The position numbers were made by a program, and so were the translations under genes. Below, in pieces: positions 20,094-30,887 of a DNA stretch of 64,000 nucleotides. The notes below the pieces were generated by a model. The model saw only the letters and a program-made list of their open reading frames with translations, did not search any database and was not told where the DNA came from. Origin of the DNA: Candidatus Cloacimonadales bacterium (lineage in GTDB: Bacteria; Cloacimonadota; Cloacimonadia; Cloacimonadales; JAFGVF01); the NCBI GenBank assembly GCA_963663475.2, contig CAXXJV010000001.1, positions 2,176,001 to 2,240,000 of the forward strand, written 5' to 3'. Each line of letters starts with the position of its first letter. The stretch's first letter is position 1.

Positions 20094-21587
20094 TTATTCA
20101 GGTTTCATGGTTGGGAATAGGATAACTTCCTTAATTGAAGTATTATTTGTTAAGAGCATGATAAGTCTATCAATACCTATACCAAGTCCACCCATTGGTG
20201 GCATTCCGTATTCCAGAGCTTCTAAGAAGTCTTCATCAACTACATTAGCTTCATCATCACCCATTTCTCTAAGTTTAGCTTGTTCTTCTAATCTATTTCT
20301 TTGGTCGATAGGATCATTAAGTTCTGAGAAGGCATTACCATATTCATTACCACAGATAAACAACTCGAATCTTTCGACAAATTTTGGATTATCAGCTCTC
20401 ATTTTAGCTAAAGGAGAAACTTCTGTTGGGAAGTCAGTTACGAAAGTAGGTTGAATAAGCTTAGGTTCAACAAAGTGCTCAAAAAGTTCTTCAAGCAGTT
20501 TACCAGGACCTACATTCTCAGGAAGATCAAGTTTATTCTCTTTCATGAAGTTAGCCATTTTATCATAATCTAAGTCATGTGCTGAGAATCCAGAATACTC
20601 TTGAACAAGATCAGCCATAGAGGCTCTTCTGAAAGCTTGGCCAACATTAATCTCTTTACCGTTGAAAGTAAAAACAGATTTATTGAAGACATTTTTAGCT
20701 ATAGATTGAATAATACCTTCAGTTATATCCATCATTCCTTCAAGATCAGAGTAGGCTTGATAGAGTTCAATAGCGGTAAATTCAGGATTATGAGTACGGT
20801 CCATTCCTTCATTACGGAAGTTTTTACCAATTTCATATACTCTTTCAAAGCCACCGATAATTAATCTTTTTAAGTAAAGTTCAGTAGCAATTCTTAAATA
20901 GAGATCCATATCTAGGCTATTATGGTGAGTAACAAATGGGCGAGCATTAGCGCCACCATAGAGAGGTTGGAGAATAGGAGTTTCAACTTCAATAAAGTCA
21001 AGAGAATTAAGGTAGTTTCTAATTTCTTGAATGATTTTAGAACGTTGGATAAAAGTCTCTTTACGATCAGGATTTAGAAGTAGGTCTAGATATCTTTTTC
21101 TATAACGAAGTTCAATATCTGAGAACTCATCATATCTTACAATCTCTCCATCAACTTCTTTTTCTTTTACTGCAGGAGTTGGGCGGAGGTTCTTTGTTAG
21201 AAGTTTGATATTTGTAGCTTTAACAGAGAATTCACCAGTCTTAGTTGTAAAACAAGATCCTGTTACTTGAACAAAATCACCCATATCACATAATTTGAAG
21301 AGTTCGTAATTATCTTCACCTAATTCATCTTTTTTAACGAAGATTTGAATTTTCCCAGATATATCAGCTAAGTTTCCAAAGCCAATTTTTCCTTGGCGTC
21401 TCATAGCGATAAGACGGCCAGAAATTATTACTTGAGTATTATTCTCTTGAAAAGTATCTTTATTTTCCCAGAGTTCATTTATTTTATGACTTCTTTCGGA
21501 CTTTACAGGATAAGGATTTATCCCTTTATCAATAATCTTCTGTAATTTTTCTCTTCTTAGTTTTAGGATTTGTGTTGTATTATCCAC
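20094..21587 (-). CDS. lysS: Lysine--tRNA ligase (class II)
   Basis: RYRKRYLDL, EVETPILQ, GGANARPF, FRNEG...HNPEF, ERFELF, YGMPPMGGLGIGIDRL; GTG start at 21587 behind GGAGG (ORF track starts at 21647). Confidence 0.98.
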   Translation of the reverse strand: MDNTTQILKLRREKLQKIIDKGINPYPVKSERSHKINELWENKDTFQENNTQVIISGRLIAMRRQGKIGFGNLADISGKIQIFVKKDELGEDNYELFKLCDMGDFVQVTGSCFTTKTGEFSVKATNIKLLTKNLRPTPAVKEKEVDGEIVRYDEFSDIELRYRKRYLDLLLNPDRKETFIQRSKIIQEIRNYLNSLDFIEVETPILQPLYGGANARPFVTHHNSLDMDLYLRIATELYLKRLIIGGFERVYEIGKNFRNEGMDRTHNPEFTAIELYQAYSDLEGMMDITEGIIQSIAKNVFNKSVFTFNGKEINVGQAFRRASMADLVQEYSGFSAHDLDYDKMANFMKENKLDLPENVGPGKLLEELFEHFVEPKLIQPTFVTDFPTEVSPLAKMRADNPKFVERFELFICGNEYGNAFSELNDPIDQRNRLEEQAKLREMGDDEANVVDEDFLEALEYGMPPMGGLGIGIDRLIMLLTNNTSIKEVILFPTMKPE

Positions 21588-21621
21588 AAGGCCTCCGAAA
21601 ATTTTATTTTTTATATTAAGA

Positions 21622-21643
21622 AAGCGGGTTATTAAACCCGCTT
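21622..21643 (-). terminator. Hairpin after rpsA (probable terminator or processing stem)
   Basis: AAGCGGGTT-atta-AACCCGCTT; weak U-tract. Confidence 0.55.
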
Positions 21644-21673
21644 CCACATTTATATAATTTGATTATTTGTCAA

Positions 21674-23104
21674 TTATAATTGATTGAATGGGTTATCTTC
21701 AGGAACTTCAGGTTTATCTTCAGCCCATTTTTTCCATTCTGCTGGTCTTCCACCACGTTTTTTACCCTTGAAGCTAGGTCTTCTATCTTCTTGTTGAGGT
21801 AAAGTTTCAGGAGCAGGTTGATCTTTAAGTTCTAAAGAGATTCTTTTTGAATCTTTATCGATGTTAGTAACTCTAAGTTCAATTTCATCACCTGAGTTTA
21901 GATTCATAGTCATAGGCATTCTAGAACGAGGTAATAAACCAGTAATTCCATCAGTAATAGTTACAAAAGCACCAAAGTTGGTATTATTTTCAACAGTACC
22001 TGTGATCAACTCACCAATTTGAACTTTGTCATCTATTGTATCCCATGGATTTTCAATTAAAGCTTTTAGAGAAAGGTTGATTTTCTTTTCATTTTCATCT
22101 AGTTTGAAAATTTGAGCAGAAACGATATCACCTTCTTTTAAAACTTCTTTTGGATGGCGAATATTCTTACCCCATGACATTTCTGAAATAGGAATAAGTC
22201 CTTCAACACCAGGAATAATCTCTACAAAAGCACCAAAGTTATGAAGTCTGAGAACTTTACATTCAACTATTGTTCCAGTCTCTAACTCTTTAATAGCTAT
22301 ATCTAAAGGATTTTCTTGAAGTGCTTTCATTGAAAGAGATATTTTTTCACCATTAATGGCAAGGATTTTAACCTCAACTTCAGTATCAACAGTTAGTACA
22401 TCAGATGGCTTATTAATATGAGCCCAAGCAATTTCAGATACATGTAAGAGACCTTCGATACCACCAAGGTCAACGAATGCACCGAAATCAGTTAGTCTTC
22501 TAATAACACCAGTAACAACTTTTCCAGCTTCTAGAGTGGCAAGAGCCTCTTCTTTCATGATTTTAGCTTCGTCTTGTAGGAGTTTTTTTCTGGAAACGAT
22601 AATGTTACGACCGTTATCTTCATATTCAGTTACTAAGAAGGTGAAATTGCTATTAAGATAGTGAGAGTCTTCATGTAACATAATATCCATTTGTGATTTA
22701 GGACAGAATGCTCTTACACCAAGTACATCAACGCTATATCCACCATTAACAACTTTGAATACTTTACCTTCAACAGGTATTTTTTCTTCAAAAGCATTTC
22801 TAATTTGTGTTTTATCAGCAAATTGTTTTCTTAATGATTTTGATACTTTAATACCATCATCGTTAAATTCAACAATAAAGCCTCTTAATAAATCGCCAAC
22901 TTGAAGTTTTAATTTGCCATTTTTATCTTTATAATCAGCAATATCAGCATAAGCATCGTATTTGCCATTCATATTAATAAAGATAGATGTTTCTGTGATA
23001 TTAATAATTTCGCCTTCAACCACATCACCCATTTTAGGGTCAGAGGTATTATTGAAGGATTCCTCTAATAATTTTGCATAATTTTCGTTTTCTTGTGAAA
23101 CCAT
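21674..23104 (-). CDS. rpsA: 30S ribosomal protein S1 (about five S1 domains)
   Basis: Repeated FGAFV..G.EGL.H/P.SE S1 motifs, NIIVSRK; ATG 23104 lies behind AGGAG. Confidence 0.9.
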   Translation of the reverse strand: MVSQENENYAKLLEESFNNTSDPKMGDVVEGEIINITETSIFINMNGKYDAYADIADYKDKNGKLKLQVGDLLRGFIVEFNDDGIKVSKSLRKQFADKTQIRNAFEEKIPVEGKVFKVVNGGYSVDVLGVRAFCPKSQMDIMLHEDSHYLNSNFTFLVTEYEDNGRNIIVSRKKLLQDEAKIMKEEALATLEAGKVVTGVIRRLTDFGAFVDLGGIEGLLHVSEIAWAHINKPSDVLTVDTEVEVKILAINGEKISLSMKALQENPLDIAIKELETGTIVECKVLRLHNFGAFVEIIPGVEGLIPISEMSWGKNIRHPKEVLKEGDIVSAQIFKLDENEKKINLSLKALIENPWDTIDDKVQIGELITGTVENNTNFGAFVTITDGITGLLPRSRMPMTMNLNSGDEIELRVTNIDKDSKRISLELKDQPAPETLPQQEDRRPSFKGKKRGGRPAEWKKWAEDKPEVPEDNPFNQL

Positions 23105-23464
23105 AGACAAAGCTCCTATATTTGATATATATTTTAGTAATTAACTAACACTCTAATAATATTTAGAACCATTTCTTTACTTACTGTTAGATTGTCCAGT
23201 AATTTATTAAATTATTTTAAAAGTTATTTTTTATGATGGAGATAAAGTATCTCAAAGCCTTGTTATTAGTACAAAAGAGTATCTTAACATATTATAAAAA
23301 AAGTAGTTAAGAATGAGAATAAAATTGCTTTAGAAATAGATTAGAAGATTTTTTTTCTAAGAAAAAACTGATTTTTGATTTCAATACGAATCATAGATTT
23401 TTAGTAGAATATTCAACAAGAGCTATTTTTTTTAAGATTAAAAATTTTAGTAAGCTTCCTTAGG

Positions 23465-23543
23465 CATCCCTAATCCTTCCTTTACAGTCTTTCGATGAAA
23501 GTCCGTGTTTCATCGAAAGACTGTAAAGGAAGGATTAGGGATG
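23465..23543. repeat. Long palindromic element, copy 2 (36 bp perfect arms, 7 nt loop)
   Basis: CATCCCTAATCCTTCCTTTACAGTCTTTCGATGAAA-gtccgtg-TTTCATCGAAAGACTGTAAAGGAAGGATTAGGGATG. Confidence 0.96.
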
Positions 23544-23559
23544 AAGCAAGAATCTTTTA

Positions 23560-26094
23560 CTAGAAATCAGTGCCAAAACTTAGCATAGGAATAATTTTCT
23601 CATCATTAAAATAGAAGCCAGTCTCGATATTAAACTGTAAGACTGATGCAGCGTAAAAAATAGACTGAGATGAGATTTTGTAATAAGTAACATCTTCACG
23701 TGATTTATAATTATTTCTGAAAATACCGAGATTTACATCAATATCCTTCATGGCAACATTAGGTGTCCAAAAGCCATCTCTGACTTTATATAGGTTAAAG
23801 CTGGCTTGTAGACCATAATCATGATAAGAAGATATGGTATCTTCAATTTTAAATTCAGAGAAATTAGGTGATTCATCGAATTTTTCTACTTTTTCATAAA
23901 ATCCAGTAATTTGTACTTTCTTTAAATTATGACTAATTATAGTTTTGTTAGTATAGCCTGAATTATCTAAATTCCTCATATATTTATTGATGAGTGAAGT
24001 GTTAAATTTTCTCATATAAATATGATTACCTAGATAATAGTCATCATCAAAATCAGTTTGTCCTATAAGACTTATATTTTGCAACCAACTAATAGAAGAT
24101 CTATAGATATCAACCTGGCTAGAAAAATAATTGTCCAACTCACTATCTAAATATAAATTAATTCGGAAAGGAGAGAGGATTGAAGTAGAGAGGTTTAAGC
24201 CTAGGATACCCTTGCCATTACTATCCAGATACCAATTAGCGTTAGCATCAAAGTAACCTATACCATCACTAGTAAAAAATCCAAAAGGGTATCTTACATA
24301 AGGGAAAAGCAAATTTTTCATAGATTGACCAAGTGCTTTATTTTCTTCATACTCATCGTCTAAAATAGTAAGTAATCTGGAATCTTCAACTATTGCTAAA
24401 TCAGAAGCTAGTCGTACTAAATCTTGTGAAGATATTCTTTCTCCACTTCCTGATATTGACTTGTAAAAAAGTTTGTTTCCAATAATCTGAGGAATGTCAG
24501 TATAGTGGTCTTGACTTATTTTATTGATTGTTTTTGTTTCTAAATTATATTGATAGGCTTGAGCAAGATTAGCCTGATTAGAGGTGAAAACTAGCAGATT
24601 ATCATGAATACTGATATTCTTCTCTTGAGAATAACTAGTAATTAAGGGGGAGAAAGACTTATCTATAACTGATATCTCTCCAATATCCCAAGAGGAATTA
24701 GGATACTTATAGGTACAGTATATCTTATTATTACTATTATCATAGATTAGTTCCCCTAGCAAGAAAGGATAATTCTCTATCAGGGAGTGATGATTTTTGG
24801 CATATCTATACAGACTTGATGTTCCTGTGTTATTGTCTTCTAGTGTATAATAAATGTAGGAGTTAGGCCCGACAGTAAAGTCTTTAAAAGCTTTCTTAAA
24901 GAGGATTGAAGTTTTTTTGTTTTCTAAATCCATCTTTTTGAGCACTGAAAGGCCAGAATATCCCATATTAACAACATTATCTCCTGTAAAATGTAGGTCT
25001 TCTTCAGCAAAATATAAATTTTGCTTGGCAAGCTCCATGTTTGAGGAGAGTGAAGAGTTACTTTCATATAATTTTTCATAAGTTTCAGTTTCTACATTAT
25101 AAGAGATGATATTGTTTCTATAATGATTAAAGTAATTCTTTGTTTCAAAAAAGTAGAGATTATCATTATCGCTAGTAAAATTACCTACTAAAAGTGAATT
25201 ATCCCAATCATAATTAAGATAATTGCTATGGTATTCTTTATCAAAGTTAGCACTCATTTCAAGGTAGTTTTTCCATTGAGTAAAAAGCTCAGGGAAAGAC
25301 TTATTAAAGATTTTCTTAGCAGATCTATCTAAGGTGTATTTGGGAAACAATGAACTCCATATTACATTTCTTAAGTTTGAACCATAATTATTATAGAATC
25401 TAGTTAATTGGTCTTCTCCATAAATATCAGATAGCCATTTAACAAAAGCTCCTCCATATACATAATAATTACCTAAAGGGAAATCATCTAGATAATAGTT
25501 AGCCTTTATATGATTTTGAAATTTATTTTCTCTCAGTTGAGCTTTGATAATTTCAGTATAATAACTGTTGTTTAATCTACCCATATAAGGAGAGAAATAG
25601 GATTCGTTTCTTACAGTAATACCTTCAACCATCCACATAGGGGAGTAGAGGTTGGGAGAAAATATATTACCAAATACTTTAGAAAAAGCTAGGGGAGTCT
25701 TATTAGCACTTGTAAGATGAGAATGATGGGTGTATTCATGAATTACTAGAGTATTTAACCACTCTTGGGCGGTAAAAGTGCTATGGGTACTAGGACTATT
25801 TAGAAATAGTTTTAGCTTATTCTCAACAGGATTTGCTAATCCATTATGGTATTCACCAGTATCTTCTAAAATAATATTAAGCTTTTGCTCGCGCTTATTA
25901 CTTGTGATGGTATCTATTTGGTCTGCATATTCTCTTAAGGTGTTTAAGGTATATTTAGCGTATAAATATTGTCCTTGTGGGTAGTAGATGGTATATCTAC
26001 CATGTCTGATATATCTCCAGTCCGAGATTGAATTATAAGATAATAGATTTATGCAGAATAGAGTTAGTATTATAAGAAAGATATGTTTTTTCAT
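23560..26094 (-). CDS. Exported protein: gluzincin-like HEXXH domain + beta-propeller + probable C-terminal beta-barrel
   Basis: Signal peptide; LVIHEYTH...WMVEGIT; TolB-like repeats; alternating aromatic strands and terminal Phe. Confidence 0.65.
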   Translation of the reverse strand: MKKHIFLIILTLFCINLLSYNSISDWRYIRHGRYTIYYPQGQYLYAKYTLNTLREYADQIDTITSNKREQKLNIILEDTGEYHNGLANPVENKLKLFLNSPSTHSTFTAQEWLNTLVIHEYTHHSHLTSANKTPLAFSKVFGNIFSPNLYSPMWMVEGITVRNESYFSPYMGRLNNSYYTEIIKAQLRENKFQNHIKANYYLDDFPLGNYYVYGGAFVKWLSDIYGEDQLTRFYNNYGSNLRNVIWSSLFPKYTLDRSAKKIFNKSFPELFTQWKNYLEMSANFDKEYHSNYLNYDWDNSLLVGNFTSDNDNLYFFETKNYFNHYRNNIISYNVETETYEKLYESNSSLSSNMELAKQNLYFAEEDLHFTGDNVVNMGYSGLSVLKKMDLENKKTSILFKKAFKDFTVGPNSYIYYTLEDNNTGTSSLYRYAKNHHSLIENYPFLLGELIYDNSNNKIYCTYKYPNSSWDIGEISVIDKSFSPLITSYSQEKNISIHDNLLVFTSNQANLAQAYQYNLETKTINKISQDHYTDIPQIIGNKLFYKSISGSGERISSQDLVRLASDLAIVEDSRLLTILDDEYEENKALGQSMKNLLFPYVRYPFGFFTSDGIGYFDANANWYLDSNGKGILGLNLSTSILSPFRINLYLDSELDNYFSSQVDIYRSSISWLQNISLIGQTDFDDDYYLGNHIYMRKFNTSLINKYMRNLDNSGYTNKTIISHNLKKVQITGFYEKVEKFDESPNFSEFKIEDTISSYHDYGLQASFNLYKVRDGFWTPNVAMKDIDVNLGIFRNNYKSREDVTYYKISSQSIFYAASVLQFNIETGFYFNDEKIIPMLSFGTDF

Positions 26095-26411
26095 TTTTTA
26101 TACCCATTTATTTTTTGTTACATTTTTATTAGATTATTTGAATCAAAGAATCAGTCAAGGAATTTTTTGTTTTAGTGAACTATTTTGATTAGGCTATATC
26201 GCCCTCTAGGCCTCTCTCTTCTGCTCGTATTATATGGAGTGTCTTACGACCAGTCCTATTATATATCATCCCTTGAGGCTATAAGAAGATTTCTTAAGAA
26301 AACCTAAAGAAGGTCAATATTATTTACTTCTTTCAAGATAAACTATTGGGAAGAATAGCTTGTGGTTGAACAGTCTCAGAATTTCAATAAGCTTATAGAT
26401 TAAGAAAATTA

Positions 26412-26440
26412 TTGACAGGAGAATAAGCTTAAAATAATGT
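26412..26440 (+). promoter_or_regulatory. Putative sigma70 promoter of mutAB
   Basis: TTGACA-N17-TAATGT. Confidence 0.55.
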
Positions 26441-26504
26441 AAAAGAAATTAGATAAATTGTTATTTTGCAACAAAAAAAAAGATAAATAACAGGGAGTTA
26501 GCTT

Positions 26505-28643
26505 ATGGATAAGGCTCAAGCTAAGCCAAAAGAAAAGTTATTAACTGAATTTATTCCACCAACTTATGAAGAGTGGAAGCAAGCAGTCGAAGCTATGTTA
26601 AAAGGTAAGCCTTTTGAGAAAGCGATGTTTACCAAGACATACGAAGATATAGTATTAAAACCAATCTATCGCCAAGAAGATGTTCAAAACTTACCTCATA
26701 TAGGTGATTTACCTGGTCAGAGTGGTTCAGTTAGATCTGCAAAAGTTGCGGGTTATTTAAAAGATGCATGGTCTGTTGCTCAAGAGCAAACAGATTATTT
26801 ACCAGAAGAAGTAAATGCTACATTAATGCAGGAATTAAACAGGGGATTAACTAAAGTTAATTTAAGAGTTGATTACCCATCTGCTCATGGTAAGAATCCT
26901 CAGAAGTTAAGTGGTTGTCATAGGTATCAAGGTACTTCAATAAGCAGACTAGAAGATTTAAGAGTGATTCTTAAAGATGTATCAATTGAACATATTGAAA
27001 TTGATATTAATGCAGGGATTATGGCCCCAGCTTATCTTTCAATGTTGAAAGCTATTGCTGAAGAAAGAGAACTTGCTACTAATTTACTTTCTGGTTGCAT
27101 AGGGTTAGACCCAATTTCAGTATTAGTAACTGATGGACAGTTAGATACTGATTTAGAGCAAACTTTTAACTATATGGCCTGTATGACAGACTGGGCAGTG
27201 AAACATGCTCCTAAGATGAAGACTATTCTTATTAATACTAGTCCTTATGCAGACAATGGTGCAACAATTACTCAAGAGTTAGCTATTGCTTTTAATACAG
27301 CTACTTATTATGTTAATGAGATGCAGGAAAGAGGATTATCTCTTGAAGATATCTTTAGTCATATGCAATTCAATTTAACTATAGGTTCAAATTTCTTTAT
27401 GGAAATAGCTAAACTTAGAGCTTTCCGAATTATGTGGCATAATTTTATTACATCATATGATAAAAACTGTCAAGTTCAGGCCTATGTACATGCTAAAACA
27501 TCTGCTTGGAATAAAACAAAATACGATGCTTTTGTTAATATACTTAGAACTGCAACAGAAACATTCTCGGCAGTCTTAGGAGGTATAGATTCACTCCAAG
27601 TTAGTCACCTTGATGAATTAATGGCAAGACCTTCTCAGTTTACTCGTAGAGTAGCTAGGAATCAACAGATTATTATAAATGAAGAAACTAATATGTATCG
27701 TCTAATTGATCCTGCTGGTGGTTCTTGGTATGTTGAGAGTATGACTGGTGAAATTGCTGAGAAGGCTTGGGAACAATTCCAGACCTATGAAGCTGAAGGC
27801 GGAATTTTATTAGCATTGCAAAATGACCTTATTCAAGATGATGTTACTGATATTGCTGAATTAAAGATGAAGAATGTTGGTTCTAGAAAGGATGTTTTTG
27901 TTGGAACAAATATGTTTGCTAACTTAGAAGAAAAGCCAATAGTCTTTGATGAAGCTGAACTTGATAAGAAGATTGAAGCAAGAATTCAAGAAATCTATCA
28001 GTTCGTTAATAAAGAAGATGTAGAAGTAGGTCATGACTGTAAATGCAATTGTAGTAATAAATGTGACTGTTCAACAGGACATGACAAACATATTTTAGAT
28101 GAAATTAGCGACTTCTTTGTTAAGAATGGCACAATTGCGGAAATTTATGCTAATATGTGGACTAAGAGCCAACCACTTAAGGTTACTCCACTTGTCCAAC
28201 AAAGAGCTACTTCCAAGATTGAAGATTTAAGATCAAAGATTGAAAGTGCTGAAGTTAGACCTACAGTATTTTTAGCTAACTATGGCCCTATTGCTCAATT
28301 TAAAGCAAGAGCTGACTTTGCAAAAGGTTTCTTTGAAGTAGGAGCTTATAATGTACTTAATAATCTTGGTTTCACTGATATTGACCAAATGCTAAAGGCT
28401 AGTCTTGATTCACAAGCAAAAATAGTATGCATTTGTTCTACTGATGATGCTTATCAAGAATTTGTAACAGAATTTGTTTCAAAACTAAAAGCTCAGAGCA
28501 AGGATATAACTGTAATCTTAGCAGGTTATCCTAAAGATCAAATTGCAAGTTATCAAGAAGCAGGTGTGGATGAGTTTATTCATGTCAAAGCTAATTGCTA
28601 CGCTATATTGAATAGTCTCTGGACTAAAGTGGGGGTAGAATAA
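26505..28643 (+). CDS. mutA: Methylmalonyl-CoA mutase small (non-B12-binding) subunit
   Basis: [39 protein letters not shown]-terminal ICSTDDAY...LAGYP domain lacks DXHXXG. Confidence 0.93.
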   Translation: MDKAQAKPKEKLLTEFIPPTYEEWKQAVEAMLKGKPFEKAMFTKTYEDIVLKPIYRQEDVQNLPHIGDLPGQSGSVRSAKVAGYLKDAWSVAQEQTDYLPEEVNATLMQELNRGLTKVNLRVDYPSAHGKNPQKLSGCHRYQGTSISRLEDLRVILKDVSIEHIEIDINAGIMAPAYLSMLKAIAEERELATNLLSGCIGLDPISVLVTDGQLDTDLEQTFNYMACMTDWAVKHAPKMKTILINTSPYADNGATITQELAIAFNTATYYVNEMQERGLSLEDIFSHMQFNLTIGSNFFMEIAKLRAFRIMWHNFITSYDKNCQVQAYVHAKTSAWNKTKYDAFVNILRTATETFSAVLGGIDSLQVSHLDELMARPSQFTRRVARNQQIIINEETNMYRLIDPAGGSWYVESMTGEIAEKAWEQFQTYEAEGGILLALQNDLIQDDVTDIAELKMKNVGSRKDVFVGTNMFANLEEKPIVFDEAELDKKIEARIQEIYQFVNKEDVEVGHDCKCNCSNKCDCSTGHDKHILDEISDFFVKNGTIAEIYANMWTKSQPLKVTPLVQQRATSKIEDLRSKIESAEVRPTVFLANYGPIAQFKARADFAKGFFEVGAYNVLNNLGFTDIDQMLKASLDSQAKIVCICSTDDAYQEFVTEFVSKLKAQSKDITVILAGYPKDQIASYQEAGVDEFIHVKANCYAILNSLWTKVGVE

Positions 28644-30823
28644 TGACTATTAAACCAGATTTCAAAAATATAAAATTACAAGCTGATAAGAAAGAAAATG
28701 ATCTTTCTAAATGGCAAAAGAAAGTAGAAGAAGAAACAGGTAAATCCTTTGCTAAACTTTACTGGGATACAAATGAAAAAATTCCTGTAAAACCTCTCTA
28801 TACTCAAGATGATTTATTAGATATGGAACATCTTGGCTATATGGCTGGTATTGCACCTAACCTAAGAGGTCCTTATGCATCTATGTATGTAAGCAGACCT
28901 TGGACAATTAGACAATACGCTGGTTTCTCTACTGCTGAAGAATCAAATGCCTTTTACCGTAGAAACTTAGCGATGGGTCAGAAAGGCTTATCTATTGCCT
29001 TCGATTTAGCAACTCATAGAGGTTATGATTCTGACCATGAAAGAGTTGTTGGTGATGTAGGTAAAGCTGGAGTTGCTGTTGATTCAATTCTAGATATGAA
29101 GATTCTTTTTGATGAGATTCCTCTTGATAAAATGTCTGTTTCCATGACAATGAATGGAGCTGTATTGCCAATTATGGCCTTCTATATTGTTGCTGCTGAA
29201 GAACAAGGTGTAAAATGGGAACAGCTAACAGGAACTATTCAGAATGATATCTTAAAAGAATATATGGTAAGAAATACCTATATATATAAACCAGAAGGCT
29301 CAATGAGAATTATAGCTGATATATTTGAATTTACTTCAAAATACATGCCAAAATTTAATAGTATCTCAATTTCTGGTTATCATATGCAGGAAGCTGGTGC
29401 AACTGCTGACCTGGAAATGGCTTATACGATAGCTGATGGACTTCAATATATCAGAACTGGTATTGATGCTGGTATTGATATTGATAAATTTGCTCCTCGT
29501 TTATCTTTCTTCTGGGCTGAAGGTATGAACTATTTTATGGAAGTTGCTAAACTAAGAGCTGCTCGTCTATTATGGGCTAAAATAGTTAAACAATTTAATC
29601 CTAAGAATCCTAAATCTCTAGCTTTGAGAACTCATTCACAGACCTCTGGCTGGTCTTTAACTGAGCAAGATCCTTATAATAATGTAACAAGAACTTGTAT
29701 TGAAGCCTTGGCTGCAACAATGGGTCATACTCAATCACTTCATACTAACGCTCTTGACGAAGCTATTGCCCTACCAACAGATTTCTCTGCTAGAATCGCT
29801 CGTAACACTCAGTTATTCTTACAAAATGAAGCTGGTATTTGTAATGTTATTGACCCATGGGGTGGTTCTTACTATGTTGAATCCCTTACTCATGCCCTTC
29901 TTCATTTAGGATGGAATCATATCCAAGAAGTTGAAGAACTTGGTGGAATGGCTAAAGCTATCGAAACTGGTTTACCTAAATTAAGAATTGAAGAAGCTGC
30001 TGCTAGAAGACAAGCTAAGATTGACTCTGGTATAGAAACTATTGTTGGAACTAATAAATATCGTTTAGATAAGGAAGAAGCTATTGAAATTCTTGAAGTT
30101 GATAACACTTCTGTTAGAGCTTCTCAGCTAAAAAGACTAGCAAAACTAAAAGCTGAACGTGATAATGATAAAGTTAAACAAACTCTCGCTGCTATCACTA
30201 AATCAGCTGAAACAGGTGAGGGTAACTTGCTTGAGTTAGCTATTGAAGCTGCTAGAGCAAGAGCTACTCTAGGAGAAATATCAGACGCTATGGAAAAAGT
30301 ATTTGAAAGACATCAAGCAAATAATAAACTTATTTCAAATGTTTATAGTTCAGAATATGCTAAGACAGATGATGTGGATGAAGTAAGAAAAATGACTGAT
30401 GAATTCGAAGAAAATGAAGGACGTCGTCCACGTATCATGATAGCTAAGATGGGACAAGATGGTCACGATAGAGGAGCAAAAGTTGTTGCTACTGCTTATG
30501 CCGATATGGGATTTGATGTAGATGTTGGACCTCTTTTCCAAACACCTGCTGAAACTGCTAAGCAAGCTGTTGAAAATGATGTTCATGTTATTGGTATGAG
30601 TTCATTAGCAGCTGGTCATAAAGTCTTACTACCAACTCTTTTCGAAGAGCTAAAGAAACTTGGCAGAGAAGATATTATGGTCATTGTTGGTGGTGTTATT
30701 CCATCTCAAGATTATGATTACTTATATGAACAAGGTGCTGCTGCAATATTTGGTCCTGGAACTGTCCTACCATACGCAGCAAAAACAATTATGACAAAAT
30801 TAAATGAAAGATTAGGCTACTAA
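28643..30823 (+). CDS. mutB: Methylmalonyl-CoA mutase large (catalytic, B12-binding) subunit
   Basis: [48 protein letters not shown]. Confidence 0.98.
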   Translation: MTIKPDFKNIKLQADKKENDLSKWQKKVEEETGKSFAKLYWDTNEKIPVKPLYTQDDLLDMEHLGYMAGIAPNLRGPYASMYVSRPWTIRQYAGFSTAEESNAFYRRNLAMGQKGLSIAFDLATHRGYDSDHERVVGDVGKAGVAVDSILDMKILFDEIPLDKMSVSMTMNGAVLPIMAFYIVAAEEQGVKWEQLTGTIQNDILKEYMVRNTYIYKPEGSMRIIADIFEFTSKYMPKFNSISISGYHMQEAGATADLEMAYTIADGLQYIRTGIDAGIDIDKFAPRLSFFWAEGMNYFMEVAKLRAARLLWAKIVKQFNPKNPKSLALRTHSQTSGWSLTEQDPYNNVTRTCIEALAATMGHTQSLHTNALDEAIALPTDFSARIARNTQLFLQNEAGICNVIDPWGGSYYVESLTHALLHLGWNHIQEVEELGGMAKAIETGLPKLRIEEAAARRQAKIDSGIETIVGTNKYRLDKEEAIEILEVDNTSVRASQLKRLAKLKAERDNDKVKQTLAAITKSAETGEGNLLELAIEAARARATLGEISDAMEKVFERHQANNKLISNVYSSEYAKTDDVDEVRKMTDEFEENEGRRPRIMIAKMGQDGHDRGAKVVATAYADMGFDVDVGPLFQTPAETAKQAVENDVHVIGMSSLAAGHKVLLPTLFEELKKLGREDIMVIVGGVIPSQDYDYLYEQGAAAIFGPGTVLPYAAKTIMTKLNERLGY

Positions 30824-30832
30824 TCATAATAT

Positions 30833-30872
30833 AATAAGAGAGAGTTAGCCTAGGCTAGCTCTCTTATTTTTT
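30833..30872 (+). terminator. Rho-independent terminator between mutB and meaB
   Basis: AGAGAGTTAGCC-ta-GGCTAGCTCTCT followed by TATTTTTT. Confidence 0.7.
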
Positions 30873-30887
30873 AGTGAGGTAAATATT

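Noticed and set aside
26095-26504. Cobalamin riboswitch upstream of mutAB
   Set aside because: No recognisable GGGAA...GCCCCCGC / GCCACTG / AGYCAGRAGACC B12-box elements
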